The notes under the pieces were generated by a model. The model was given only the letters and a program-made list of their open reading frames with translations. It did not search any database and was not told the origin of the DNA. From Callorhinchus milii (taxonomy: Eukaryota), in contig NW_024704742.1 in the NCBI RefSeq assembly GCF_018977255.1, positions 40,550,001 to 40,614,000 of the forward strand: DNA of 64,000 bases, written 5' to 3'. Both the position numbers and the translations under genes were made by a program. Shown piece after piece: positions 49,951 to 63,464 of this stretch (its first letter is position 1; each line of letters begins with the position of its first letter).

Positions 49951-51016
49951 ATAAAGTGGGAGAGAGAGTTTGAGAGAGAGAGAAGGGGTGGAGCAGTGTG
50001 GTACTATATGGGTAGTATGTTTCCTGGTTGAATACTTTATTAGTTGGTACTTAGCCAATTTGTATACTGTGTGTCTTATCCGATTATCCATACTATTCCC
50101 TTATCCCAAGTGCAGATAATTGGCTCTCTGTCCCATTTGAAAAAATGGGAGATTGTCCTAATTTCCTGTTGACCATTTTTCAAGAAAACAGATTAATCGC
50201 CATGCCTGTTTATGGGAGCTTGCTGGTGCAAATGGTTACATTGGTCGTATCCTACACTTGCCGATCATTGTTGGAATGTCTTTTTGACATGCTAAGACTT
50301 TATAAAAATGCAAGTTCTTTTTTTGTAGAACACAGTTCAGAACAAAGCTACAGCCCAGTCAGGGTCAGGAAAGAAAGCAAACTCACTGATAGGGGATGGG
50401 ATCATGAGTAAACTCATTCCAAACATTTCAATCTAATTTTCCTGGTGTGGTTTCTCCTCACTCAATGAACCCTGGTTGCTATAGTTACACATCAAAATCC
50501 CTTGCAAAACATGGTTGGAGCATTAACTATAAATAGTGTATATAAATGCAACGTACTGGATCAAGTTTAGGCAATGTTTTTTTATATTCAGGAAGAAGTA
50601 TTACACAGACTCTCAATGTTACAGTTCTCCCAACAGAGTAAAACAATATGGTCATCATGAGTCTTAACTGTTAGATATGTCAAACATGTTCAAACTAGTG
50701 TGATTAATGACTCTGACACTACAATGCACAACACCCTTTTCCTGCTTAGAAAATGCTGATAAATTAAGCACTTTACCCATATACGGAGGAGCATGATGGC
50801 CACATTCAGGCTGATGAGATTTCCAGCTTGGAACCTGAGCTGAAAACTATTGTTTTCTTCAGTGTGAAGGCAAACTCTTTATTGCAAAGCTAGGATCCTA
50901 GAGTGAAAAACCATCTCCGTCAGGAGTTTCTTTCATAGAAAATAAATTGTTGTTGATAATCTGTTTTTTTCCCCCTGTGCTATAAATGTGAAATTTGACT
51001 GCATTTCATTGAATGT

Positions 51017-51390
51017 AATAATAATAATCCTTGCATTTGATATAGCGCCTTATCACGTCTTCGAGACTCTCAAAGCTCTTTAAGAATATACTGTAAAGTG
51101 AATTGACTGTGCATTTTGTGGGAGAAACACGGCAGCCAATTGCGTACAACAGTGTCCCACAAACAGTCATGGATTGAAGTGATCAATTCATTATTATTTT
51201 TTTTGAAGGAATTATTACCCACGGAAAAGCGATCTGCCAATCGACTAACAACCGGGTTGCTACTTATTGCTAGGTAAATAGAGGCATGTGGAGTAAGGAA
51301 ACTTGTCCAACATTTCGCCCTGCCAGGAATCGAATCCAGGTCTCTCGCTTGAGAGGCGAGTGCTCTAACTGCTGAGCTACAGGACTCCAC
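51017..51390 (-). mobile_element. Full-length tRNA-headed Deu-type SINE
   Basis: Head GTGGAGTCCTGTAGCTCAG at 51390, B-box GATTCGATTCC, Deu core, (TTA)n tail. Confidence 0.95.
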
Positions 51391-52403
51391 ATGTAAGCAC
51401 GAAAACAAGGTGACTTATTTCACCTATAGTTACTGCGAATGAATGCTATTTCGGATTAAATAAACTGTTAGAGCTGTTATAAAATATATTTCCTTTGGTT
51501 TCTTTTGACACTGTGATGGACAAAGTTACATGAAACACACCTGCAGATATACTATCTCTAAGAGGATTAACGTTTCCTGTGAGTATATCTGCAAAATCCC
51601 TGGATAGCCTGTGGTTTGGTTTATTTACTTGAAGGATATGGATACGGATACTCGTGTAACAAAACCTTGGGATTGTTTTTATGGGTATCTCCCCTGTGAG
51701 GAAAACCCAGTGATGGGGGTGGGACAGAGGTTGTTTGAACAAAATTCCCTTTTGTACCAAGCTGCCTGTGCCAGGAGGTGGAGATACTTAGTGTAACTTT
51801 GGGTCTTTGGGAGCAGGAAGTAATTCTGAGAGGTTTAGGAGAGGGTATTATTGTATGAAAATAGGGGGCCCAGGAGAGAAAGAAGTGAGGAGCCAAGGGG
51901 AAGAGAGGACACTGCAGGCCAGAGCAGGAAAGGAAGGACTGAGCAGTTTAACGTTGGAGGAAATGGTACTGAAGGTTTACAGCAGATGGAGGTTGTGATT
52001 CCTCTTAGGTGTTTTGTGATGATATTTGTGCTATTTCTTATTTGACAACAAATTGCAATTATTGCTTAAATTATTGCTCACCAGGTGACAGCACACCCCT
52101 CTAAATAAGGGAAATTTAGGCCCTATATGATGCCCTAATTGATTTATTTTTGTTACAAATTTATTTTGTGGCACTGAGCTGTCTTGCAAGACCAAACTCC
52201 ATACTCTCTCTCTCTCTCCTCAGCCTACGAAAACTGCTTGTCGATTGCCCAGATGCCTTGCTTGATAGGTTAAAGGAGCTATTGTCAACAAAAGAAGCAC
52301 CAGAGAGCCTAAAATTTACAAAATAATAATTGCCTCCAATTCAAAAAATAACGTGCGAGGACCTGGCACCTGTAAAATAAGCAATAGTTTACCTGGAGAG
52401 GTG

Positions 52404-52422
52404 TGCTGCCACCTGGTGGACA
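52404..52422 (-). promoter_or_regulatory. Strong CTCF consensus motif
   Basis: Reverse strand TGTCCACCAGGTGGCAGCA matches the core CCACCAGRTGGCAG. Confidence 0.6.
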
Positions 52423-52429
52423 GTGGGCC

Positions 52430-52900
52430 ACAACTGTGTACACACAGTATATACAGCACAAAAACAGGCCATTTCGACTCAATTAGTCCGCGCCAGTATT
52501 TATACTCCACGTGTTAAGTAAAGAACATCCACATCTCGATTCTATAATTTTCCCGTCGTGACATCATTATATTTTGAGTAACCTTAATACATTTTTCCTC
52601 CTTTACTTTGTTTGGCCAATGATTCCAAACTCTTTATACAAAGATAGTTTTCCTGATACCTCAGTTTTTAATGGCTCGGCTTGGGGGTTGTATCGGAAAC
52701 GGAGCAATAAGATTGTCAGGGGTTTTGCTTACTATAAATTTTTTGTACTGTTTATGGCTGTGTCCCCGAAAATGGTCTAAAGTAGCTTCCCATTTTAAAG
52801 GCATTGCGGGAACTATAGTATTTCAGGCAATCTTATTTGCCTGTGACTTAACATACTGGACTTTATGCATGATGTTACACTTAAACTATGCATTAACAGA
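52430..52900 (-). mobile_element. Old CR1 3' fragment
   Basis: TATACAGCACAAAAACAGGCCATTTCGACTCAA is a reversed CR1 3' end, as at 27187-27215. Confidence 0.65.
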
Positions 52901-53091
52901 TCTGCCAAAAATGGTTGTGGAATTTCTTTTCAGTTTAGAGAGGAGAGAAGGAGGAAGGACAAATATGGGTAAGAGTTGTAGACAGTTCTAACAGAGAGTA
53001 TGCGCTATGTATCTTCAGATTTTTCCTTCTCGTGTGTTTTGAATGTAATGTGCAGTTAAAAACATCATTGGAATTTACTTCTGTTCTGAAG

Positions 53092-53457
53092 CAAAGCATG
53101 GATTTCTAAACCATCATCAGAGACCTGGACTACATGGAGCTGCATAGCATCTAACTGGCAGCTAAAAAGCTTGGTGAAGCTAGTAAGTAGCATGAATGAG
53201 GAAACCACAATTTTCAACTGTTCTATTTTCAATATTTAGGTAGTGTGTATCCATTAGAAAAAATCCAGGGATTTGTTTAAGGGAAGGGCTTACATTTTTA
53301 GATAATCTTAGGATTAGTCTTCAAATTCTTGACGGAACTGTAAAATAAAACTATTGTAGATCAGTGATCATTTTTAACCAAACACAGCAGCATCAATACT
53401 GACTTGTTTTCAGATTGCTATAGGCAATGCTGGTGGGATTATTGTGATTATCTACAG
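53092..53457 (+). pseudogene. Two open, phase-compatible WD40-like exons (53092-53182 and 53414-53457)
   Basis: ttctgaag|C...GCTA|gtaagt and ttttcag|ATTGCT...TACAG|gtatgt give KAWISKPSSETWTTWSCIASNWQLKSLVKLIAIGNAGGIIVIIY(R). Confidence 0.65.
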
Positions 53458-53788
53458 GTATGTACTTGCTAAATTCTGTAATACTTCTGCAACTGTTAAA
53501 TGCTTATATGCACCAGTTTTGAGGGACATCATTCACGTGTTCCTCTGAAGTGATATAGAAGAATGTAAATAACATTTTGATTCCAGCAATAACTGGGAAT
53601 TGAACAAGCAGAATAACAAGACATGAATCTTATGAATTATAGTGTTTTTTATTAGCGAAGCCTGGCAATTAGAATATTGTCAAGAATCTAATGTCTTAAT
53701 GTTCAACCTGCAATTTAAGTTAGAGAAACAGAAATACAGCATATTAAAGAGGAAGGTTAAAACTGTCTGAGATTCAAACAAAACAGCT

Positions 53789-54200
53789 GTTAGTCTGGCT
53801 CAATTGATAGCACTCTCACTTCAGAGTCAAACAGTTGTAGGTTCAAACCCTAACACACCAATATAGCGCTAGTGGAGTGCTTCATTGTCAGAGGTGCTGT
53901 CCTTCAGATCAAACGGTAAAATAAGGTTTTGTCTGCCTGTTCAAGTGGATGTTAAAGATCTTATAGGACTATTCAAAAAGAGAAGGGTGTTTCTTCTGAT
54001 ATCCTGGTCCTCCAGATTAAAAAATTGGTCATTCACTTAATGTATGTTCGTTGAACATTTCTGTTCAAAATTGGGCTGCTGCTTTCACCTACAAAATACA
54101 CAGTCACTACACTTTACAGTAATTCCTGCAAAGCTCTTTGAGACATCTTGACGACGTGAAAAGGTATTATATCAAATGCAGGGATCATTGTTTTTATTAT
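53789..54200 (+). mobile_element. Old SacSINE1-like Deu-SINE, near full length
   Basis: tRNA-like head, body TGTCTGCCTGTTCAAGTGGATGTTAAAGATC, Deu core, L2-like tail. Confidence 0.85.
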
Positions 54201-56213
54201 TAACAGATGGAAGCAGTACTTACAGATTTGCTGTAATTGAAAAGCGTAACAGGAGACGACATTTATTTGCTACAGGGAATAGGATGTTCGAGCTATTCAG
54301 TGAGAACATTTGTGGGAATTTAAATGGCCCAGAAATACATACAATTTGATCTGTAAAAGATTTGTTGCACTGTTGAAAGGATTATTCTTATTATTGACGA
54401 CATGGGGATTTCTACAACTTTTGGGATTCTGGATGAATAAGATAGAACTTCTTCTCATTCATCTTCATGTACTGAACTGTAACTTTTAATTTCAGTCTGT
54501 AAATCTGACGTTGTTTGGTGTTAACCTGCATTGCCATTTAAACTATAGAATAAGCATACACATTAGTCAGCATTAGAAGGTGTGATAATAATCTGGTCAT
54601 ACAAGCCCTGCATGACTTTCTGATAAACTCATGTGTACTTTGGCTGCCAGTGTCCCACATTCACTGTAAACCATAACACCGATTTCTTCAGTCATGAGAC
54701 TTTGCACACAGTTTGCATGTTCTAGATTCTTTGCTATCATTCCCTTTGTTTTCAGGCTGCAAAATTCCCTGAGATGCAGACTTAAAATATTCCCGCAAGT
54801 GTTGAAAGTGGAGTCACATTTGAATATTTTGTGCATTGCTTAAATTATAAGGCAGCCTCGTGGAATGTGCTTCATACCAGTCAAATTATACCAGTGATGA
54901 GGTCACTGTAATTGGACCGAAAATCTTTTCAGTTGAATCAAAATATGAAAAACTGTGTACAAAAGTATTCAATTAACCCACTTGCAACTGAATGAAGAAA
55001 CTGCCCTTCAGAATTTCAACCTGGCTGCAACTCGTGTGTTTTGAAACATAGATCCAATGCATTTAAACAGAGCACGTCTGAATTAAATATAAATTTACTA
55101 GTAGGTGCTAATCTGAGACTAGTTTAGTTAGTTCCATTGGCTTTGTTTTGATTTTCTAATTTAATTCATTTACTGCTCACACTATCTCAACTCTTAAGTC
55201 ATTCTTTTTCCAGATTTCAGTCCCATGGGCCACCTTGTTTCCTTCATTCTCTGTTTTTCCTACAATTTACAGGCTTTGAAAACCCAACCGACATGCCACC
55301 CAAACATCATTCTCTCCCACTTCTCTCTCTTGGCAATAGTTTTCACCATGGTGTTTGACTGTTCACTTAGGTTTCTCAATAAGGAATGACTCTGCTTTTA
55401 ACTGTATGTATTGGAGTGTGATACGTGCCAATTCGTAACTGGAGTCTGGATTACCATATTGCCGCATATTAGACCCTAATATTGCTTCAACTTGTGGTTT
55501 AATTTTAAAAGCTAAAATAGCCAAAGTTATTGGGAAATTAAAAGAAAATGTACAACAAAATTGGCAGTCACCACAGATTCCTAAATGAGAACAGCTCTGG
55601 TTAAAGGATTGCCAAGAAAGTTAAGAACCTTATAAACTACAGTCTAAGGTTCTTAAATCTCATCAGCTGCATTTTCCAAAGGCTGACTTCCTTGATGTTT
55701 CCTTTAAAAAATTAAAGGAGCTGTTTTTGTGAAACCACTGGAAAATGGATACATTTTAAAAAAAGAAACAGCTTCATGCTGTTGGAGAGGGCGATAGAGT
55801 TGGTGTTCTGGAAGGGTAAGATCCAATTAGCCGAATGACCGCTTTCTTCTGAAAGTCTCTCGGGATGCCTTGTATTACTTTGTGAGATATGAACTGCATT
55901 GCTCCAGATTAGTTCTCCTACATGATTGCACTTTAGACCTGCTGCTTGCAAAATTACATTGAATTCTATGATATTAATATTAAATATGAATTCTCCTCAA
56001 ATGCTTTCATCCCCCAGGTTGGTCAAACATCACCTTCTTTTCATAAATCCATGCTGACGGCTCTTAATTGTATCCTCCTTCTCCAGATGACCAGTTACTT
56101 AATCTTTTATTATGGATTCCCCAAATAAAATCAGTCATTCACTTCAAGGCTTTTATGGGATGTTGGGTGCAAATTGGCTGCCATGTTTGGCTGAAACATA
56201 GACAGTCACTACA

Positions 56214-57036
56214 TCAACAACAAAATTACATTTATAGAGCACCTTTCACGTCGGGAGGACGTCCAAAGTGCTGAATAGTCAGGTGTCAGGGTGCGAGCAT
56301 GGGGGAGGGATGGTTTAGGGGTGAGGGAAGGCAGAGAGGTGGGAGGGCGACCGAAGGCACGATCGAAAAGAAGGGTCTTGAGACCGGCTTTGAAGAAGGC
56401 AAGGGAGGAAGCGAGGCAAAGGGACCGTGGGATGGAGTTCCAGAGTGTGGGGGCAGAGAGGCTGAAAGCCCGGCCACCGATAGTAGGGCGGGTCGGGCGG
56501 AAGACATGAAGCAGGCAGGAGCCTGATGAACGGAGGGAACGGGCAGTTTGGTAGGGAATCAGCAGGTCAGAGAGGTAGGAGGGGGCAAGGCCATGGATGG
56601 CCTTGGAAGTGAGGATGAGGATCTTGAATTCGATCCTCTGGGGGATGGGGAGCCAGTGGAGTCGGGCGAGAGTGGGAGTGATGGGGTCGCGGAGCCTGGT
56701 GCGTGAAAGTACATGAGTTGCAAAGTTTTGGATGATCTGCAGCTTGTGAAGGGAAGAGTTGGGAAGGCCGATGAGGAGGGAGTTCCCATAGTCAAGCCTT
56801 GATGTGAAGAATGCGTGGGTGAGGGTTTCGGCAGCCTGAGGGGTGAGGCAGTGGCGGAGTCTGGCAATGTTGCGGAGGGGTTGGTAGGCTGTGCCGGTCA
56901 TAGCGGGGATGTGGGGGAGAAAGGACAGTTCAGGGTCAAACAAGGCACCCAGGTTCCTGACTGGCTTAGTGAGGTTGAGTGTGCAGCCGTGGAGGCTGAT
57001 GCTGCCAGCGCCTGAGGTGCGGAGGTGCTGGCGCGA
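56214..57036 (-). mobile_element. Young 5'-truncated L2 LINE with an uninterrupted ORF2 C-terminus
   Basis: 244-aa frame FDPELSFLPHI...SRLDYGNSLLIGLP...LHWLPIPQRIEFKIL...GGRAFSLSAPTLWNS...LKTLLF; L2 terminus at 56214-56270. Confidence 0.97.
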
Positions 57037-57507
57037 ACCAACTTACAATAAATTGAGTGATGACATAATGCCATCGGTGTTTCTGAATGTTGTCATCAGT
57101 AGTAAAGTGGTTCAGAATAGTCAGATGTTCCCAGTTTCCCACATGGTGTAAACTCTCAGACATCAAACAGGAAATCCTCCCATCCCAAGGTCAACTGGTT
57201 TGCAGATTTCCAGCTCACACACTGTGATACCAAAACAAATAGTAACATTGCAATAAAAACACTAGTCAAATCTCAGGAGAATTTTTACAGGCACCATATT
57301 AACTGGAAACAACTTATATGTATAATGTTCACAAAAGATTATGAAAGATTTCAGTTCTCTCTTTTATATATTTTCATTCTCTGACCTTTTATTTCGAATC
57401 TAAATAACTCTTTTATCTTGCTTCTTACTCCCACTCTTCATTTTAGAGGCAGAAGGAAGCTTAAATCCACGAGACCTGGTTTGAACTGAAACAAGCTTTA
57501 ATGTCCA

Positions 57508-58010
57508 AAACAACAATTTAGATTTATATAGCAGTTTTCGTGTCAGAACTCAAAGCGCTTCACACAGCTGATTAGCAACTGCCTGAGGGAGGGAGGGGGG
57601 CTGGGGGCGTGGGGGGGTCAAGGTTGCTGACAGTGAGTGCAAAAGACCTTGGGATGGGGTGGGGGGGAGGAGGTGGCAAAGCGGAGACTGACATCTGAGT
57701 AGAGTTCTACAGAGTGGAGGGTAGAATGGCTGAAAGCTCGCCCATCAATGGTGCAGCGGATTAGACAGGGAACATAAAACAGGCTTGTGTTTACTCAGCG
57801 ACCAGGACAGTAAGTCACAGAAGATGGCAAAGATAGGGTGGGACAAGGCCATGGAAGGATTTGAAAGTGAGGACGGAGATCTTTAAATCGATGACAAGGG
57901 GATAAGGAACCAGTGGAGCTAAGTGGAGCCAGGTGTGAGCGAGTTCTAGATGGTCTGCAGCTTGTGTAGGGAGAAGCTGGGAGACCAGCCAACAGAGAGT
58001 TCAAACAGTG
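57508..58010 (-). mobile_element. Older L2 3' fragment
   Basis: LNSLLAGLPAS...; similar to 56214-56790. Confidence 0.8.
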
Positions 58011-59119
58011 GATCCTCAGCATATATAAAATTATGTTATAACTATGTTATAAGCGTCAAGAAGTTCTCTGCCTTGTGCTGGAGTGCATTTATCATAGCTG
58101 AGTACTAATTGGCTAGATATCATATTGCTGTATAAACAGTGGGATGTGCGGCTTGCATGAACTATTATTCCATTAGGGATGTGAATGGACAACACCAGGA
58201 AACAACCTCCTGTGAGAGTTAATAAGAAACTTCAATGGGATCCAATGGATCTTTCAAGTACATCCTTAAATCTGCTCTGACTCTATATTAGAAATGTTGT
58301 TGAGCCACGCTACTAAAGTTGAATTGAACTGATTGATAGCAGTTTTAAGTTTGTTTGCACTAGTACCCCCAGAGCACCCTCCACCTTAGAAACATATTCC
58401 AGCACAGAAAGCCAGTACATGAATGGATCATTCACCGGTCCCATAGCACCAGTAATTATCATGTCGATGTCTATAACTACTTCTAATTGAACTACCTATG
58501 GAAGGAACTCCAGAATGAGCAGTCAATCATTTGGGGAAAAAGCTGAGATTTTATCTCTTCCTAAAATGGCCTTGCAGGGATGCGTCTCAAAGTATAGTAA
58601 TACAGTAGTAATATTACTCATTTTGCCAAATTTTCCAGCATAATTCTTCAACACTTATGGACAGGAATCTAGATCTTCAGCTATTTTCCTCAGAACCACC
58701 AAAGGTGGTCTCGTACATTCAAATGTCTGATTGGTATCATTCTATGTTTCTGTTGGCTTTGTCCATTCTGCTTTGTGAAATATTAGGAATTGTTTCCAAA
58801 ATGCTTTTCAGAAACAGGACTGAGCACTAGATGCTATATGGTGTATTTATATGGTACCGATTAAATAAACGCTATTGAGGCATTGGTAGGATGCAAACTA
58901 ATATGATTTGTGGTTGATCACTCATCTTATCCCATTGGAACATCTAAATATGCTTCACCTAGTAGAGTAAAACAAAATAGGATTTTTCATAAAAGATTTG
59001 ATAATTCTTACATTGTGTGACTGCTCCTTTAGAGCTGGAATCTGACTGCTACATCCCAGGCTATTGGTTGAACTTAGCCACAAGCAGTATTGAATATTAC
59101 TGTCCATTCCACGAGCCTT

Positions 59120-59452
59120 CAGCTCCCCTCTCAACTCTCTACCCCCTCCTCGCTCCCTCCCTTCCCTCCCCTCACCCTGACCATTTCCCCCCTCCTCGCT
59201 CCCTCCCTTCCCTCCCCTCACCCTGACCATTTCCCCCCTGCTCGGGTCATGACCCAACTGTGCAGCGCCTTGGGACGTCCTCCTGACGTGAAAGGCGCTT
59301 TATAAATGGAATCTTGTTGTTGTTGTTGTTAAAAGCAATGGGAGCAGCAAAATCTTCAGATTTGACCATTGTGTTTCGCCCACAAAATACACAAAAGACA
59401 TCTCGACAATGTGATAAGGCGCTAAATCAAATGCAAGGATTATTACTATTAT
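59120..59452 (+). mobile_element. L2 3' tail containing a 46-bp tandem duplication, followed by an internally deleted SINE 3' end
   Basis: Unit 59142-59187 repeated exactly at 59188-59233; L2 terminus plus (GTT)n to 59330; SINE tail at 59370-59452. Confidence 0.85.
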
Positions 59453-60035
59453 TAAGTTGGAAAGAAGAGGGTGAGGCAAAGATTACACCTCTTGCAATAT
59501 TCTCACTGGTTGCAGAGAGGGGCATTTCCAATTCTGCTTCAAAGGATATTGGCTTAACTCAACCGAAAGCCTGTGAACCAGGAATCCATCTGCTGGATCA
59601 GAAAAAAAGAATCAGACTATTGAGAGGGAAACAGGTTCAATTGGACACTCATTGTATTGCTGTTTGTGAACCATTTCTGGCTTAGATTAGCTGTAAGGTT
59701 TGCATTTCATAAAAACAGTCATTCCACTTAAAATGTATCACATGCCAATGCTAAGCACCAACAAGTAACTTATTTATTTTATCAACTATCTGGAATATGT
59801 TAATCATTAGTTGGAGTTCAAACCATTAAGACAAATTACTTGCTGTGTTTCAGTAACGTTTTCAGACCAGGATAAGTATGTGTATTTTAATATTTATTTT
59901 TAATTCTGTTGCATTGTTGGCAGCATCTGAGTCAATTCCCTCCAATTGTATGGAAACATGGATTTATTTGGTCTGGAAAAATGTCTAACTTTTGAACCTC
60001 ATCTATTTCTACTCACATTACCTAATAATTCATAG

Positions 60036-60266
60036 GTTGTAGAATGTTTCTCTGAGAGAGAACCTTAGTCAAGTTAAATGTAAGAACAGGAAACTGTTTG
60101 GAATAAAAGCTCTTACAGCAATGTCAGAAATATAATATTAAAATATTGCTGCTGCCTGTGGAGAGATCATCTTGTGTTGATCTTTGCTTATTCACAGCTG
60201 TTTCATTGATCGTATAAATCTACACTTCTCGGACGTAAATTCCACAGATGAAGCAGCCAGATGTCT
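60036..60266 (+). pseudogene. Decayed exon with four in-frame stops
   Basis: ttcatag|G...TGTCT|gtgagt; 231 nt, phase 2>2; L*NVSLRENLSQVKCKNRKLFGIKALTAMSEI*Y*NIAAACGEIILC*SLLIHSCFIDRINLHFSDVNSTDEAARCL; joins ttggcag|GAAATCT at 60590. Confidence 0.5.
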
Positions 60267-60894
60267 GTGAGTGCAGGATGACGTTTATTCATTTCCAGAG
60301 AAGAAAGCATTGCCTTACTATGTTAATTGCTGCCATAAGGAGAGGGCCTGGATTATTGATGTTTGCACATAGAATTGTAAAAACGTTCATTTTACAAATG
60401 ACCAAGTGAAAAGGATATTTGTTGTGCAAGATTGCAATGTAAATTAAAGGAATATCTAAAACATATCAACATGAATATTCTACGCAGTTAAGAGCCAATA
60501 TCACTCAGTACCTTAAACTTACTTTGGTTAATAGTCCATTTTACAGTTCCATAAATTTTATAGGTTGGATTTTGCAATTGATTTGGCAGGAAATCTATTG
60601 GGATTATTTATATTGCAATACAGCAGTTCTCTCTTGTAGGGAAATGGTAGTAGAGTTAAGCAACAAACAACCTCCATTCTTATGCAGGAAATAAAGTCTT
60701 CCAACAGATTTTCCCCAGTGGTGAAATGTACATTAGAAAAGTGAAAAATCTTACTGAAAACAATATTTTATAGAGCCAGGGATGTAGCCACTTGAGAGTG
60801 TTTGCTGATCTCCTTAGCTGCAGCAGTTGAGGTGCTACAAGAACAACAACAAATTACATTTGCATAGGGCCATTCACGTACAATTGACCTCCCA

Positions 60895-61010
60895 ATCCCT
60901 GTGACGAAGGGAAAACTCAGCCCGGTTTCCTGCTCCTGATCACTGGGCAGAGGCCTCTGCTGTAAGTTGTATTATACGTGGATAACTGTCCATGCTCGGC
61001 TGTATAGCCT
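60895..61010 (+). mobile_element. LF-SINE-like relic
   Basis: GGGAAAACTCAGCCCGGTTTCCTGCTCCTGATCACT...CTGCTG...GCTCGGCTGT resembles the LF-SINE core as recalled; reverse of 12105-12210. Confidence 0.55.
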
Positions 61011-61299
61011 GTCAGCACTCACTGTCAAGGCTCACTTCCTGATGATGGATTTGTGGGCAGGCATTACACATGCTCATTTAACCTTCATGGTTAGAAAGAG
61101 AAATACTGAAAGTGAAATACATCTCCAGAAGAGGAGAAGGGAAAATTGGAAGAAGAGAGAAGAGCCAGACCCTGAGCAGTCAAACTGATGCAGAAGATCC
61201 TGAAAAATATGAAATCAAAAAGCATCACCATATCAAATATTATCTATTTAATGGAGGGGCATCATTTGCTGACAAAACATCACTATTAATCCATCCAGT

Positions 61300-62420
61300 T
61301 GATATTGGTTTCTTTAACCTGTCAACACCTAGGAGATGTGAACATCAGTGTGATTAAGGATGGGAATGGATAGGAATATATTGTTACTATATCAGGAAAT
61401 CTCTGAAAACAAAGAAAACCAACTTGTTAAAAAGAAAGGGGGAAGTAGCATGAGTCCAAAGTGATAAGGGAATTGGACTGGGAACATCCTCATCTATCTC
61501 CAAATGTGTGAGACCACATTATAGAATACAATGGTCAATCTTTAAATGATCAGAATTAATTGGGATTGTAAATGTCGATGGGAGCACCAGGCCAGAAAGA
61601 ACTAGGATAATAAATATGATTTTAGAGGCAATATTGTAGCTTAATGCTTAATAAATCTATTGAAATTCTTTGAGGAGTAACTAAATTATTGAATGAGAAT
61701 ATTCAGCACTTGTAAATATACTTGTATTTTTCCATTGAGGGTTATATTTCTGGGTTTTAAAGAAGGCTGGATTAAAAACAAACTTGGCAATAACAAAGCA
61801 AAGGTTATGATAGATGAGGAATGTGTTGTCTGTCTAGAAGCATTGACTGGTGGAGTTTGCAACTCATCTGTTCCATTTCCTCTGGTATTCACACTCCTTA
61901 TAAATAATATGAAAAAAATGTACTTCTAGTAATATATTTGCCACCAGCACCAAGCTATTTAGTCGAAAGGCCAGTGTAGAAAATATTAAAAGCAAAGTGA
62001 TCTGACCTAAGAAAACATTCAAGTAAATAAGGTAAAGTACCATTGCTACAATAGGTGTGTGCAAAATAACTCCTTGCCCATTACAAAAAGATGGGGAAAA
62101 AATCAATGATTCACTCAACATATCCATTCACAGCAAGATTGTGGCAACCTGTCAGATCAAATTATGAGATTATATATATATCAAGATTATTTAGCTAGTG
62201 AGTTGAAATATTTTATTTTTTCCCCAGGATGTTTCATGATGTGGTTATATTTGGAATATTGTATATAATTTGGGGCTTCTTAGGTTCAAAGGAACATTGA
62301 TCCATTAGCTAGAAGGAGCAGTGACATATTTAATCCTAAACTATTGGTTCATAATGATGCATTGGATTTGCTCTCCATGAATAAACAGAGATCCAGAAGG
62401 ACCTGATCAGGTTTCAAAAT
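61300..62420 (+). mobile_element. Very old CR1 ORF2 remnant
   Basis: Degraded motifs: NLLKFFEE, LGFKE, GV...SVP.PLVFTLLINN, LEYCI.FG. Confidence 0.55.
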
Positions 62421-62619
62421 CCTGAAAGCAGCAACAACTTAAATTCACATGGGACCTTTCATGTAATGAGGGCATCTCAGAGAACTTCACCCGGCTGACT
62501 GGGAGCCTGAGCTGATGAGGGAGGAGGATAAGGTGGACAAAAGCATATTCAAAAATGATGAATAATTTGGATACAATTGACTCACTGGCTCCTTCTGAGG
62601 CTTGAAATAATTAATGCGT

Positions 62620-62927
62620 GTGGAGTCCTGTACTTCAGTGGTTAGAGCACTCATCTCGCAAGCGAGAGACCTGGGTTTGATTCCCTGCAGGACGAAATGT
62701 TGGGCAAGTTTCCTTACTCCACATGCCTCCGTTTACCTAGCAGTAAGTAGGAACCCAGATGTTAGTCGATTGGCATCTGGGGGTAATAACTCCATCAAAA
62801 AAATAATAGATTGGTCACTTCAATCCACAACTGTTTGTGGGACACTGCTGTGTGCAATTGGCTGCTGCATTTCGCCCACAAGATATACAGTCAATTCACT
62901 TTACAGTGTATTCTGTGAAGTGCTTTG
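62620..62927 (+). mobile_element. tRNA-headed Deu-type SINE, 3'-truncated
   Basis: GTGGAGTCCTGTACTTCAGTGGTTAGAGCAC...Deu core...GAAGTGCTTTGG; no tail. Confidence 0.92.
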
Positions 62928-63464
62928 GTTCCTGAATTTTAAACTTTTGCAATTTTAACTCTGTCTCCTGGCAATTACCTGCCACATATTTATGAATAAT
63001 TGACTTGCAAGGGGAAGGAAATGTTGATAATGACTGGTTTGGGAGGACACTTAGATTGGACCCAATTGTCCAATGCTGAAGTGATCAGAAGTAAGAAACA
63101 AAGTACCATTTGTACCCTTTGTACATAGGAAATATAATCTAAGTCTTAAATAAAAATGATCATATTAATCTCCATATTTTGAGTGTGACTACAACAGGGA
63201 TAAGTTAGATAAGGTAAGATAGAAGGATCTAAAATAAAAGATTTCCAGTGAAATCTTTAATGAGGAATTCTGTAAGAAATCCAGCAGGAACTCCACTCCA
63301 GAAATGATTGTGTCAGAGCACAGTTTCCATAAATCAGTGTACTCTCTTTTACAAGGAAAGAATTCCCATTTGCGTAACTTGGATTCTTTACAACGATCTG
63401 TGATGTACTACATTTTAGACTCTATTGTTTTGAAGGTCCGGAAATTATGCCCATCTGTTAACTT

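Noticed and set aside
54597..54836. Minus-strand 79-aa ORF
   Set aside because: Antisense to the plus-strand SALEGVIIIW WD40-like segment
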